A DNA stretch of 64,000 nucleotides from assembly GCA_040285855.1 (NCBI GenBank), contig JAUFOQ010000004.1:1798001-1862000 (forward strand), given 5' to 3'. The notes under the pieces are model-generated. The model was not told where the DNA came from. It worked only from the letters and a program-made list of their open reading frames with translations, and did no database searches. Shown piece after piece: positions 33,101 through 48,100 of the stretch; within the stretch, counting starts at the first letter, position 1; each line of letters begins with the position of its first letter. The DNA is from Eukaryota sp. GEM-RC1. Its lineage: Eukaryota. The position numbers and the translations under genes are program-made.

Positions 33101-36100
33101 AATGCAAGTCACTTGTTGAGTCAGTTAATAGTTTAATTGAAGTGAGTGAACTCGTCATATCAGATGTTATTTGTGACACGTGTTTTGATGTATTGGGTGG
33201 TAACATAATGGCTGCGTTTATGGACGTATTTCAAATATCTACAACTATTTTTGGAATATCTGAAGTCGAACTCTTGTATGTTGATCATTTAAATATTGAT
33301 GGAAGTTATGATGAAACCGTTCTTCATCACACGTATGTAACAGCCTTTGTTTTGAGCCAATCAAATGTTTCTTTATCAAATGTTTCTTTATATCATTTAC
33401 ACTTTGACACAGTCTTTGAGATAGTTGACTCATATATGACGATCAATTCTCTGAGTTGTTTTGATTCCTATAGTTTGTCATTGTTTTATGCATCTTCTTC
33501 TGTGCTTTTCCTGAATGCAATCAATATTTCCAGATCAACTTTTACTGGTGGATTTCTCAATGCTGAGTCCACAAATTCTACCCTTCAATCAGTTGCAATG
33601 TATCTTATCAATGGGGAAATGGATACATACACTGAATCTGATGGTACTTATTTATTTGATTTGTTCGGGGGATCATTTGTTCTTAAAAATTCAACTTTCA
33701 GTAGACTTTCCGGTAATCTGTTCGTTTTTAACAAGATTCCATCTTTGTTCCAATCAGTAGAAATTTCCAATTTCTCGTCCTTTTCCGTGTTTAATGTTAT
33801 TGACTCCGTTTTAGATCTAAGATCGTTGTCATTTCATTCAGCCACTTTTCAATCTAATGCTGCAAATTTACTCGAATTTCAATCTTTTGAATTTCAAGAC
33901 AATTCTCTAGTAAACCTGACGCATGACTCACAAATTCAGATAGATAACGTGTCGCTCACTTTGAATTCCAGTATACTCGTTCATGATGATTCAGTTGAGA
34001 TCAGTACGTCAACCTTTAGTTTGATTGCAATCAATAGCCATTTCCAGAACAATTTTGACTTTTCCAATCTCCATGTTCTAGACCTAACTTCGTCAACTTT
34101 TGTATCATTGTCTTTCATTCAAGTTGACGTTGATTTCTTTGGTGCTCACATTGTCAAATTCTAGGTAACTCTTCATTTGAAGTGAATTCCTTGTTCGACG
34201 TTAATTCTGGTAATTTTTCTTCTTCCATAGTTGTCCAAGAATCAGTATCTACATCTACGGTATCTGGAGAAGTTCTGCTATCCAATTCTTTTGATTTCTT
34301 CCGTCACGTGACTCTTGATGACGTGTCAGTTTCAGAATTCCAGTTTTCTGGTGGTTCCATCATTTGTCATTATGATGCTTTAATGAGGAATGATGTTATA
34401 TTCACTTTTGTTTCATTTGTTCACGTTCTGAACGTTCATCTGTCAGATTCCCATGTTCTTCTTAATCAAAACTTTGATCTAAAAGAATTTCAAATTTTAA
34501 GTGGTTCTGGAGTTATTTTTGACAACACTTCAAACTCTGGTCAAATCATTCCCTTACCCTTAATAATATTTGACCAGAACCTTGTTCTGTCTTCTTCTTC
34601 TACTATTACTCTTCGACTTATCAATGAAACGACTTCAACTCAATTAAGTATAGGTCGTTTTGCATATTTAAATGGATTACTGGAAGTTCAATTTGATCCA
34701 TTTCAACATTGGAGTGGAAAACAGTTTGTGCTTTTAGGTTGCTCCAATCTAGTGGGATACTTTTCCTCAATTTCAAGCCCATGTTCATCGATTTTCAATT
34801 TTAATTATACTTCTAGTTCTGTGCTCGGCTATTTTAATGAATATGTTCCTCATTTAGATCACGTTTCGTACATTTCAACCATTGGAATTGATGATCCTTG
34901 TTGTGGAAGCTTTGATAGTCCTTGTGCTTCTTTTAGAGGAGTTTTAGAAAGAATGGGGAGAAACGGGACAGTATATTTCCACGAAGGAAGTTACTCTTTT
35001 GATCAAGGATTGGGGACAGTAACTGACGTTGATTGGGAAGTAATTGGTCTTGGTGACGTGCTCATTGAAGGACTTGGGGAGACTTTGTTCAAAGTATTGA
35101 AGTCCAATTTTTCGATTTCAAAAATTAATGTTATTTGCAAATCTTCTATTTGTTTCTCTGTTGCAAACTCAAGCTTTTCTTTCAATAACTCAGATGTCTT
35201 CCATAATGGTGGTTTCACATTCATGATTGAATCTTCATTTGTTTATCTGACTAACAGTATTGTAGAGTCAAATTCGTCCAGTGTCGTTAATACCATCAAT
35301 TCTCAATTAGTTTTAACCAATGTTTCTATTTCTGGGTTCGATCATCAATATTCAGTGACTGCAGAGAGCTCTACTATTGAAATATTTGAGACGACTTTTT
35401 CAAGAATCGAAACAGTAACTCTGTTTAATTTGAACAAATCGTCTATAATATTGAATCAATCATCTTGTTCAAGTTCAGTTATGTCTTCTTCTCTTTTGAC
35501 CTCTTTGAGAGTGAGTTCAGTGAGTTTGAGCTCTATCTTGACTCAATTTTGGTTGATAGTGTGTTTGTAATCGAATCTAGTTCTGTAACTATCAACGCTA
35601 TTTCAATTCTCTCAACAGTGAATTTTAACAAGCTAATATCAGCAAAGGAATCCAGTATTTATCTTGATAACTTTATTTTAATTGGTACTCATTCTTCAAG
35701 TTCCATTATTTATGTTTCCAAATCTATAACTTACTCCACCAACGTTATCCTCCAAGATATTAATTGCAAGTCACTGATTGAATCAGTAAATAGTCTCATT
35801 GAATTATATGACGTGTCTATTTACAATGTAACTTGTGACACGTGTTTCGAAATATTTGGAAATAGTCTACTTGTCGATGAAATGGATCTATATTACTCGT
35901 CTGGAACTGTATTTGAGTTGTCCCAAGTTGATAACATGAATGTACAGTGTTTTAATATTTACGATAGTAATTTGCCAACAGTCATTTTTATCCTCAACAC
36001 AGCATTTCAAATTGCTGATGTTTCAGTCTCAAATTCCAAATTAGAACAATTTTTAAGCTCTAAAGAATCTTTTGGAGAAGTGCAGAGTTTTGTTACAATC

Positions 36101-39100
36101 AGTTCCACCTTCAGTGAAGCATTTGTTTTGAGTGATGTTGATACAGGTTTTTCCAACTTCACGTTTTCCAACACCTCAGTAACACGGGTCTATCACGTTT
36201 CCAATTCAACCATTTCAATTAATGATTTTGTCTTGGGTGGATTATTGATTTCTGATTCTTTTCTTTCCTCAACTGACAGTGATGTCGTCATTGATTATTT
36301 CTATTGCCAGAACACTAACCTTGGGAGTTCCTTTGGATTATTCATGATTACTAAGGGATCCTTTGTTGTAACAAATTTGAATATTTCTCATTCGAATGGT
36401 TCACTGTTTGATTTAGACAACGTTCAATCTTCATTATTTGAGCAAATTGAATTGCATCATCTTCAATCTGAAACAGTCTTTCACTTTGTTGGCACAAATA
36501 CTTCAATATCAAATATTACAATTTTGTACTCAGATGTTGGCGTTGTATTTGAATCAGACAATTCACTCATTATTGTTGATTCTTTCAATTCTATTGGATT
36601 AAACAGTTCAACTACTTTTAAAGTAGATAGTTCCAACGTGTGTGTCAGTAATTTTTATTCCACAACTTCAAGAAGTAGATCCATGCTTAATGGCTCATCT
36701 TCAGTTGTTCATCTTAATGACAGTCATATTTCAAATATGTTTGCTTCCTGTGTGGTTGAAGTTATTGATGTTAGTTTGGCTCTCAATTATCTTAAAATTT
36801 CGAACTCTGTTTTGACCTCTGGAATTATGTTTATGGAAGCTACAAATACCACCTTTTTGTCAGTAGAGTTTCAACAAATTAATGAAAATTTAAAGTATCC
36901 CATTGATTTCAATATCGTACATTTATTAAACGTTCGTGGAGGATCGTTATTTGTTCAGAATTCTGTTTTTGTACATATTTATAGCAATTTACTCCTATTG
37001 AATTCTTCAGATGTGGCATTCCAAACAGCTCAAATTTCAAATTTCTTTGGTTCTTCTATCTTCAATATTCTTGACTCTCGTTTAGATCTTTCTTCAATAA
37101 TACTAACCCACCCCAATGCTAACGTACTCTTAACATGTCTACATTGTAATGGATCTATGGACAACTTACTTATTGAAAACTCCTCTTTTACTTCACTTTT
37201 TCATTTAGAATATGGATCTATGAGTTTTAGTACTACTTCCCTGACTAAGATTAATACTTCTTTAGTTTTTGAAATCTTTAACAGTAATGTTACAATTAAT
37301 CACTTGGATCAAGATACTTTAAGACTTACTAAGTCATTTCTCTACTCAGAACTGAGCACTGTTAGATTGAGCTCAATCAACATTACTAATATACGTGATT
37401 CTTCTGGTCCTTTGTTTGAGTTCAATCACTCAGAAATAACAGCTATTGATCTCTTCTTGTCGAAAATTGAGTGTTCAATATTCTCATTTTCTGATTCAGC
37501 AGAAAATATTTCCGAACTGTCATTGTCAAATTTAAATGTGTCTTTCGTGGTTGTCAATTCTAATTCTAACTTAGCAATATCAAATAGTAATTTCCATTCT
37601 ATTGAGGTTCAAGTACTGGTCTCTGCAGATAATCTTTCTAATGTAACTATTGAAGGCTCAAAGTTTTCTATGATTTATGCTGACTCACTCTTGAATTGTA
37701 CCGATTCAACGTTTTCACTAACTCTTTCTTATTTCAACAATCTAAGCCTACAACACTTCCTCTCTCTAACATCTTCTTCAGCTTCCTTGTCAAATAGTTC
37801 TATTATTGAAGTGGAGTCTGCTCAATCACTAATCAATGCTGACGATTCTGTGATCACAATTCATTTGATTGAAGTTGAAGACATAGTGTTGGAAACCTTT
37901 TTGCTTTAAACGATTCAAAGTTAAATCTGAATGATGTTAGTTTCATATCTAATATCACTTTGCTTAAATCATTTTTGATTGGTGACAAGTCAGATGTTGT
38001 TTTCAGTAATGTGATCTTCTTTGAACTTACGACTGTCATTGATTTTCCATTAATTAGCTTAAGTAATTCACACTTTAATGGTGATCTTCTTTCGTTTGAG
38101 TTACTTAATTGTACTCTTTTCGAATCCATTTTCACTGAAGTTCAGCTTTCAAATACTTCATTTAAGAGTATTAATTCTCCTTCAATTGGTTTTTTTGCTG
38201 ATTCATCTTTAATCATTTGTTCTTCTGTTTGTTCCAGTGTTAGTATGTATAATGCTTTTATTCTGGAAAACTCTAAGATGGAGATCTGTAACACGTCAAT
38301 GATAAATGTTGACTCTAAAACATTGTTTAGGTTGACAAGTTCTCTTCTTCAATTGAATCACTCATATTGTTCAAACTCTAACTTCTCGGTTGCCCTTTTG
38401 ATCTTACCAACAGCAATATTAGTACATATGAATTCTCATTTGAATCAGTTAGCACTGTGACTGTGTTTTCCCTCAATTACACCATTTTTGATATCAGTGT
38501 TTTCCCAGTATTATCTGGTATTTATTTTGACCAATTGATATTATCACATAATTCGGAATTATCTGTCAGCGACTTTACTTTTTCCAATTATAATTTTTCC
38601 ATTCCTATCATTAACATTTTTAACTCGAACATTGTTCTGCAAAACATTCTCTTTCAAGATCTTAATTCCAAGTCACTTATTGAATCAGTAAATAGTCTAA
38701 TTGAATTAAATGAAGTGATCATTTATAATGTAACTTGTGACACGTGTCTTGATGTATTTGGAAAAGTGTATTTTTCAAGGAAATGGATCTATTTTACTCG
38801 TCTGGAACTATATTTGAGTTGTCCCAAGTTGATCTATTCGCTGTACAATTTCTAAATATTTTTGATTGTAATAGTGAGACAGCCGTTCTAGCTCTCAACA
38901 CAACATTTCAACTTACTGATGTTTCACTTTGCAATTCCATCTTCGCAAATTTTTTAAAATCGGAAAACTCTTCAGGTGCTTGTCATGGTTTTGTTTCAGA
39001 TAATTCGGCTTTCAGTGCTTTTTTATGGTTTGAGTAATGTTGATGTAAAATTCTCTGATTTCGTATTTTCTAATACTTCTGCAACACGTGTCTATCACGT

Positions 39101-42100
39101 ATCCAACTCCATCATTGAACTTAATGACTTCATAGTCAATGACGTGATTATTTCAGCCTCTTTCCTTTCGTCTTTTGATTGCACAGTCATCGTTGAGTCG
39201 TGTACCTGGACAAATACCAATTTTGAACACTCCATTGCACTTTTTGAGTTAAGTGGTGGATCCTTGACTGTAACAAATTTAAATATTTCTGAAACGATAG
39301 GATCACTCTTTGCTTTGAATAATGTAGAGTATTCAAATTTCTATAACTTAAGTTTATTTGATCTTCAATCGGCAACGGTCTTCCTTTTCGTTAGCTCAAA
39401 TATTTCAATTTCAAATATTTCAATTTCATACTCACATACCAACATTTTTTTTGAATTTGACAATTCACTGATGTTTCTTGATGATTTAAGATTTATTGAA
39501 TTGAACAGTTCAACAGTTTTTGATGGCTCATCATCTGTTGTTACTCTACAGAACGTGAACTTATCGCGTTCGTTGATAGCTCATGTTTTTAATCTTTTTG
39601 AGGTAAGTCTTGAACTCAATAATTTGAATATTTCAAGTTCCTTGCTAACATCTGGATTTATGATGGCGAGATCTACTAACTCAACGCTTCTATCAGTTGA
39701 TATTTCCTTCAATAATGAGAACTTAAATAGTTTAGCTGGACTTGGTGAAAACTATTTATTTGATCTAATAGGAGGATTGTTCATTTTGAAAAATTGTACT
39801 GTTTTGAACTTTTACGATAATTTGGCTTTTCTCGAATCTGCAATTGCCTTTTTCGAGACTGTTGACGTTATCTACTTAACTGGATCTTGTGTCTTCAACG
39901 TTGTAGATTCTCGTCTATTTCTGATCACTTTTCGATTAATTCCTTACAATTCAATTCTTCAATCACAGGCTACATTTCATGACAATTTGAAATCATTTCA
40001 AATTAACCAAAATTCACATGTCAGTTTGTTACAAGAATCAGCGATTCTTCTTGATAAGATTTCCTTGTTTTTAAATTCAAGTCAACTGATTTTTGATGAT
40101 TCAGTTAACATATCCACAACAACACTATGTTTGATTGCAATCAATAGCCATTTCCAGTGTGAAGTTGACCTTCCTACTCTCCATGTTCTAGACCTAACTT
40201 CATCAACCTTTGAATCATTGTCTTTCATTCAAGTTGACGTTGATTTCTTTTGGTGCTCACATTGTCAAATTCTAGGTAACTCTTCATTTCAAGTGAATTC
40301 CTTGTTCGACGTTAATTATGGTAATTTTTCTTCTTCCATAGTTGTCCGAGAATCAGTGACTAACTCTACGGTATCTGGTGCCGTTCTTTTATCCGATTCT
40401 TTTGATTTCTTCCGTCATGTGACTCTTGATGACGTGTCAGTTTCAGAATTCCAGTCCTCTAATGGTGTTATCACTTGTCATTCTGATGTTTTAATGAGAA
40501 ATGATGTTACATTTTCTATTATAGCGTTTTCTCATACTTTGAACATATTTCTTTCAAATTCCCATGTTTATCTAAATCAAAACTTTGATCTACAAGAATT
40601 TCAAATTTTAAGTGGTTCTGGAGTTATTTTTGACAATACTTCAAACTCTGGTCAAATCATTCCCTTACCCTTAATAGTATTTGACCAAAACCTTGGTCTG
40701 TCTTCTTCTTCTACTGTTACTCTTCAAATTCTGAATGACACTGCTTCCACTCAAGTACTTGTTGGTTCTACTTTATATTTAGATGGTATTCTCGAGATAG
40801 AATTTGATTCCTTTTTGACCTGGAGTCGTAACGACTTTCTACTTATGGAATCCTCTAAACTGATTGGTCAATTTGTTTCAGTAAAAACAACGTGTCTGTC
40901 CACTTTTAAAGTAAATTTGACTTCTACTTCAGTATTTGGAACAATTGATTATTATGTGGCTCATTTGAATGAAGTTTCTTACATTTCTACTACTGGAGTT
41001 GATGATCCTTGTTGTGGTACATTAACTAGTCCGTGTGCCTCTTTTAGAGGAGTTTTAGCAAGAATGGGAAGAAAGGGGAAGGTTTATTTACATCAAGGAA
41101 AGTATTCCTTTAATATTACGACGAAAATTTCTGATATGGATTGGGAAGTGATTGGTCTTGGTGACGTGCAGGTCACTGGATTTGCAGAGATTCTATTTGA
41201 AGTTGGGGGATCCAATTTTTCCGTGACAAGTGTCAACATTGTCTGTAACTCAGACCTTTGTTTTTCTGTTTCTAACTCATCTTTCTCTTTAAATAATTCT
41301 TTAGTCATTCACGACAGTGGTGTTTCCACATCTATCATTGATTCTTCTACTGTTTATGTATCAAATTGTAATTTTGAGTCAAATTCTTCAAGTACCATTC
41401 AGTCCAATGATTCTCTCCTAATTCTGATGAATGTTGCTATATCTGGTTTTGCTGACGAATGTTCGTTCATTGTTGAGAACTCTGTTATTGAGATATTTCA
41501 CGGTAATTTTACAAATATTGTAACTCCAACATTGTTTTATTTGAACAAGTCACAAGTGATGTTGAATCATTCATCTTGTTCAAATTCAAATTTTTCATTG
41601 TATATGTTCGATCTTTTTGATAGTGAACTCAATCAATTTGATTTTACCATTGATTCGACGAGGGCAGAATTAATCTACCGTTTGAATTTTACACTATTTA
41701 ATATCAACGACTGTTCAATTCTATCAACGACTACATTTGGCCAGCTAATGGCATCAACAAATTCTGAAATTCAAATCGACAACTCTAATATAATTGGTTC
41801 ACACTCTTCAGACTCCATTATTTTTGTATCCAATTCAACTACATCTCTTTACAACAATCTTTTCAAGACATTAATTGCAACTCAATCATTGAATCATTAA
41901 ATAGTCTAATTGAATTAAATGAAGTGAGTCTTCTCACTGTAACTTGTGACACGTGTTTTGTTGTATTTGGAAACAGTTTACTTGTCAATGAAGTGGAACT
42001 GTTTTACTCGTCTGGAAGGTTATTTGAATTATCGCAGGTTTATCTTAGTAATGTACAGTATTTACATATTTACGATAGTAATTTGTCAACGGCTGTTCGA

Positions 42101-45100
42101 GCTCTTAACACAACGTTTAGCATTGCTAATGTTTCGGTTTCAAATTCCAAATTACAACATGTTTTAAAAATCCAAGGAATCTTCTGGAAAAGTACAAAGT
42201 TTTGCTGCAATTGATTCCACCGTCTCTGACGCATTTGTTTTGAGTGATGCTGGTATATTTTTTCTCAATTCACGTTTTCCAACACCTCAGTAACACGTGT
42301 TTATCACGTTTCCAATTCAACCATTTCAGTTAATGATTTTGTCTCGGATGGATTGTTGATTTGTGATTCTCTTCTTTCCTCAACTGAAAGTGATGTCGTC
42401 ATTGATTATTTCTATTGCCAGAACACTAACCTTGAGAGTTCATTTGCATTATTCATGATTACTAAGGGATCCTTTGTTGTAACAAATTTTAATATTTCTC
42501 ATTCGACCGGTTCACTGTTTGCTTTAGACAGCGTAGAGTCTTCATTATGTGAGCAAATTGAATTTCATCATCTTCATTCTGCAACTGTCTTTCACTTTGT
42601 TGGAACAATAGCATCAATGTCAAATATTTCAATTTTGTACTCAGATGTTGGCGTTGTATTTGAATCAGACAATTCACTAATTCTTGTTGATTCTTTCAAT
42701 TCTATTGGATTAAACAGTTCAACTACTTTTAAAGTAGATAGTTCCAACGTGTGTGTCAGTAATTTTTATTCCATAACTTCAAGAAGTAGATCCATGCTCA
42801 ATGGCTCATCTTCAGTTGTTCATCTTAATGACAGTATTATTTCAAATATGTTTGCTTCTTGTGTGGTTGAAGTTATTGATGTTACCCTGGCTCTCAATTA
42901 TTTTAAAATTTCGAACTCTGTTTTGACCTCTGGAATTATGTTTATGGAAGCTACAAATACCACCTTTCTGTCAGTAGAGTTTCAACAAATTAATGAAAAT
43001 TTAAAGTATCCCATTGATTTCAATATCATACATTTATTAAACGTTCGTGGAGGATCGTTATTTGTTCAGAATTCTGTTTTTGTACATATTTATAGCAATT
43101 TACTCCTGTTGAATTCTTCAGACGTATCATTCCAAACAGTTCAAATTTCAAATTTCTTTGGTTCTTCTATCTTCAACATTGCTGACTCTCGTTTAGGTCT
43201 TTCTTCAATAATACTAACTCATTCCAATGCTGACGTACTCTTAACATGTCTACGTTGTAATGGATCTATGGACAACTTACTTATTGATAACTCTTCTTTT
43301 ACTTCACTTTTTCATTTAGACTATGGATCTATGAGTATTAATACCACTTCCTTGACTAAGCTTAATACTTCTTTAGTTTTTGAAAGCTTTAACAGTAATG
43401 TTACTGTTGATCACTTGGATCAAGATGATTTGAGAATTACTAAGTCCTTTCTCTACTCAGAACTTAGCACTGTTAGATTGAGCTCAATCAGTATTACTAT
43501 TATACGTGATGCTTCTGGTCCTTTATTTGAGTTTGACGAGTCAGAATTATCAGCTGTTCATCTCTTCTTGTCGAAAATTGAGTGTTTATTATTCTCATTT
43601 AGTGATTCAGTCTCAAATATTTCAGAACTTTCATTGTCAAATTTAAATGTGTCTTCCGTGGTTGTGAATTCAAATTCAAACTTAACAATATTCGATAGTT
43701 CTTTCTATTCTATTGTGGTTCAAGTAATGGTCTCTGTAGATAATCTTTCTAACGTAACTATTGAAGAATCAACGTTTTCTTTTATTGATGCAAAGTCTAT
43801 CTTGAATTTTAATGATTCAACGTTTGTTCTAACTCTTTCCCATTTTAACAATCTAAATCTGAAACACTTCATCTGTCTAACATGTTCTTCAGTTTTCTTG
43901 TCAAATAGTTCTACTATTGAATTGGAGTCATCTCAATCACTAATCAATGCTGACGACTCTGTGATCACAATCAATTTGATTGAAGTCGAAGATGCAGTGT
44001 TGGAAACGTTTTTAGATTCAAATGATTCAACGGTAAATATGAATGATGTTAGTTTCATATCTAATATCACTTTGGATAAATCATTCTTGATTGGTTACAA
44101 GTCAGATGTTGTATTCAGTAATTTGATCTTCTTTTTCTTACGACTGTCAATGATTTTCCATTAATTCATTTAAGTTATTCCAACCTTGACGGTGATCTTC
44201 TTGCTTTTGAGTTACTTAATTGTACTCTTTTCGAATTCATTTCCACTGACGTTCAGCTTTCACACACTTCATTTAACAGTATTACTTCTTCTTCAATTGG
44301 GTTTACAGCAGATTCTTCTATATTCATTAATTCTTGTATTTTTTCCAATATAAGTACTGGTGATTTAGATATGATTGCATTTGTTAATTCTTTTCAATCC
44401 TTGACAGTGTTGAGTTTGATAACATTAGAGCTTTTTGTATATTTAAAGCGGACAACTCTTCACTTATTGCTAATTTGTTGATGCTTTCTTCTATTGATTC
44501 ATTTTATCCAATCAATTTCTCAGCTTCTAGTTCCTTGACAATGGAAAACTCACTTTTCTTAAGTGTTTTCGCTGATATTATATTCTATTTCGAAAATGCC
44601 AGCTTGAGTATCATCAATACGGAACTAATCAATGTAACCACTCAATCAGTTCTGATATCAGAAGCTGCCAATGTTCATGTAAACAACGTGACTATTTTGG
44701 ATACATTTGTTACTGTTGTTTTATCAAAATTAGAGGAGACATACATCCAAGTTGAAAATCTGACTGTTCAAATTTCAGAATTTGTTGAGATGTTCCAAGT
44801 TATTCAATCACGTGTTGATCTCTATTCAATTGATTTTGGATCAACCAATTACCTAACAACTTCTTTATTTAATGTGTCTTTAAGTACAGTAATTGTTCAT
44901 GATATCAATGTAAGTGGTCCTTTCAACAGTAATTTACCTCTAATTCAAGTTCATAATTCCAATTTCACTGTCTCACAGTTCAATGCCAGTCATTTAACTA
45001 CTTGTCTTTTAAGTAGTTACTCTTCATTTACTCAATGGAATGATATCAGTATCTTAAATACCACTGCCGATTTCCTATTGTCATTTGATTCTTCTAACAT

Positions 45101-48100
45101 TAGTTTTTCAAATATGATGATCTTCAATTCAAATTTTACAAATGATGTACTCCTAGCAATTTCATCAACAATCTTCTGTGATCAGTTATATCTTGATCAA
45201 CTTACAACTTCTAATGTATTTCTATTTTCAGCTTCTTCAGGTTTCATCTCTAACTCTGAATTACATCAAAGTAATGCTAATGAAACCTTTATACATCTTG
45301 TTGGTTCTAAACTACAAATTGAAAACTTGACAACTTCGAATTTTGATACAATATTTTTCATCACACTAGATAGGTCTGATATCTACAGTAACATTGTTTT
45401 GGTATTAACATCACAAATTGATTCTGTTATCTTTTCTCAAAACTCTAACGGTTTATTGACTCGGTTCTCTATTGATTCTACTAACATTAAGGATGCTTTT
45501 ACTGCTTTACACAAATCCTCAGTGAATTTCAACGATTTATGTATTGTCGATAGTTCTCTAACTATTTTTGTTGACTCTTATGAAAGTATCATTGAATTGA
45601 ATCAAGTAAAATTGTTGAACATTTCTTTTGTTAATTCAACTTTGTCATCTCTTTTCTTCTTTTCCAAGTCTATGGGTTTGCTATCAAACTTTTATGCTGA
45701 TGTTATCAATGTTCCAATAATAATTTCTTCAGATAGCGATATTTCGTGTCAACAAATTGAAATTGATTCTATGATGTCTGATTTTTCTATTTCCTTGAAA
45801 TATTCAAATTTCACCCTTCTGGAGTCTGGATTTCACAATGTGTCAGGTAGTTTTATCTATGGATTGAATTCTAAAATACTTCTTCAAGTTGTTACTGTTT
45901 CTGGACTACCTAAATATCATGGACCATGTTCTGACAACAAATTTAATGATGAAAATTTTGATCTGATTCATATTTACTCCTCGAATTTTACTGCAATCAG
46001 AATTGTCGTTGATGGTTTCACATGTCAATACCTGTTACATTCGTCTAATTCTACATCATCTCTTGAAACCAACATTTTTACGAATTCAGTTCTTAATTCT
46101 GCTATTCACTGTATCAGTACAATTCTCCAGTCGGATGTTTTAATATTTGAAAATTTGACCACACTCCATGACTGTGTGACCTTCTTTGATTCCAGCTGCT
46201 ATCTAAACTCCTGGTCTATTCATCATATTAAATCATTAAAGCTGATTGAAGTATTGAACTCTTCATTGTCTGTTTCAAAACTTTCAGTTACTAACTTTGA
46301 TTCTCTTGTAATATTCAATATTATTGACCATTCTGTTGTTAAATTTCAAGATACTTCAGTTTTGAACTGTGAGTCAGTTTCTTTAGAACCAGTTGGTGAG
46401 TCATATGTTACCATAATTGATTCTCAATCTGTTTTAGATAATTTCAAATTCTCTGGATGCACTTCTCAATCAATTTTTAAATCTGATTTTAATGTTACGA
46501 ACTCTTCTCTGACTTTAACTAATTCATCGGAATTCCTGTTGTTATCCTCTTTACATGTTCAAAATTCATCACTATTATTCTCCTCTGGATATCCGATTAT
46601 TTCAAAATTTGTTTCAATTAATCAAGAATCTGAAATACTTGGAACTGATTCAGTTCTGGATCTCTCTGCGCTATTTTTCAATGTATCAATTTCTCCTACA
46701 CAACAGTGCTGTAACACTTCTTTTGCAGTGTTTCACTTATATTTGGTGACGTTCATTATCTTGAAGAATTGTTAGATTTATCGATCAATATTCAAAATGA
46801 CTTTTATTATGACTTTCAATTGAATTCTCTTGATTTCTTCTCAAGTGATATTGTCTCTTTCAGTATTTTAAGCAATTCGATTTACTTTAATTTATCGATT
46901 TCCCCAATGAAGTTTTCCTACCAATTGTTCGTTCCTATTTGTCCTATCGAGTTTGTTAGTCTAGAACCTCCAACTAGAGGTGGATTTGTACCACTTTTGC
47001 TTTTAATCTTGGGTTAGATCCTATTGTTATTCATCATTCAACTGCTTGGGTTAATGAAGGTCTTGATTATTATTCAATTAATCATGAAAATTTAAATATG
47101 TTCTTCTTTGAAGGTCATGGTTGTCATGAAATGGCTCTTTCTAGATCTACAGATTCTTCAATAATTTCATTTACTTACTGCTTCAAAAAGCCTGTCATTT
47201 CTTTTGTTTCTCCTTATCCATTCTTCTTGAACGGAGAGCTTTCAATCATTGGACGCGATCTTTCAACAAGCTTTGACTATTCATCTTTAGTTTCTGAAAT
47301 TGCTTCAACATGTGTGTCAAATCATTCTCATGAAGAAATTGTGCATTACATTCCTTACGTTTGTTCAGTGGAAAGTAGTATTTTCAATGTTTATGTAGTA
47401 ATTGGAAATCAAACCAGTAATGTATTTCAACTTCAATTAAGTGCTCCGAGACATGATATATTTCCACTTGTGCTTTCACCCGCTGGAAATCTTTTGAGAT
47501 TATTTGGAACAAATTTTGGCAAAATGTTTGACTGTTTTGGCAATTCTACTATTCAAATGTCTGGTTCAGCAGCTGAGATAGACATTATCATCACTGACGA
47601 AGTTATAATTTCTACAGGTCACCTAGTTGGCCTTGACAGATTTATTGTTAATATTGAATTTACTACAGGAATTTCGCTCATATTGACACTGCCAATTTCC
47701 ACATTGGAAGCTCATAATACCTCTGTAGTTTGCTTCATTTCCCAAATCTGTGTAGTGGAAGTGTTTAGTGTTTTTGGAGACTCTTGCATGACTGAATTTG
47801 AAATTTCACAGCAAATCCCAGATTCTATTCAAATTTTAAATTTCCAAACATTTCAGTCTATTGCTCACATTGAGTTTATTTCTACATTACCTGGATATCC
47901 TGATGACTTAGAATTGTGTAGTGAAGCCGGCTGTTATCCTATCTTTAACTTACCTTTTATTGTCTTACCCAATTCAATTTCTCCTCGATTTATTCAGTGG
48001 TTTGAGTCTAGTTTTGTTCATGAAATTTCGCTGGAAGTTGAAGGAATTCATTTCTACGAGTACTCAGCTATAGAGAGTAGTTTTATATTTGGAGAATTAT

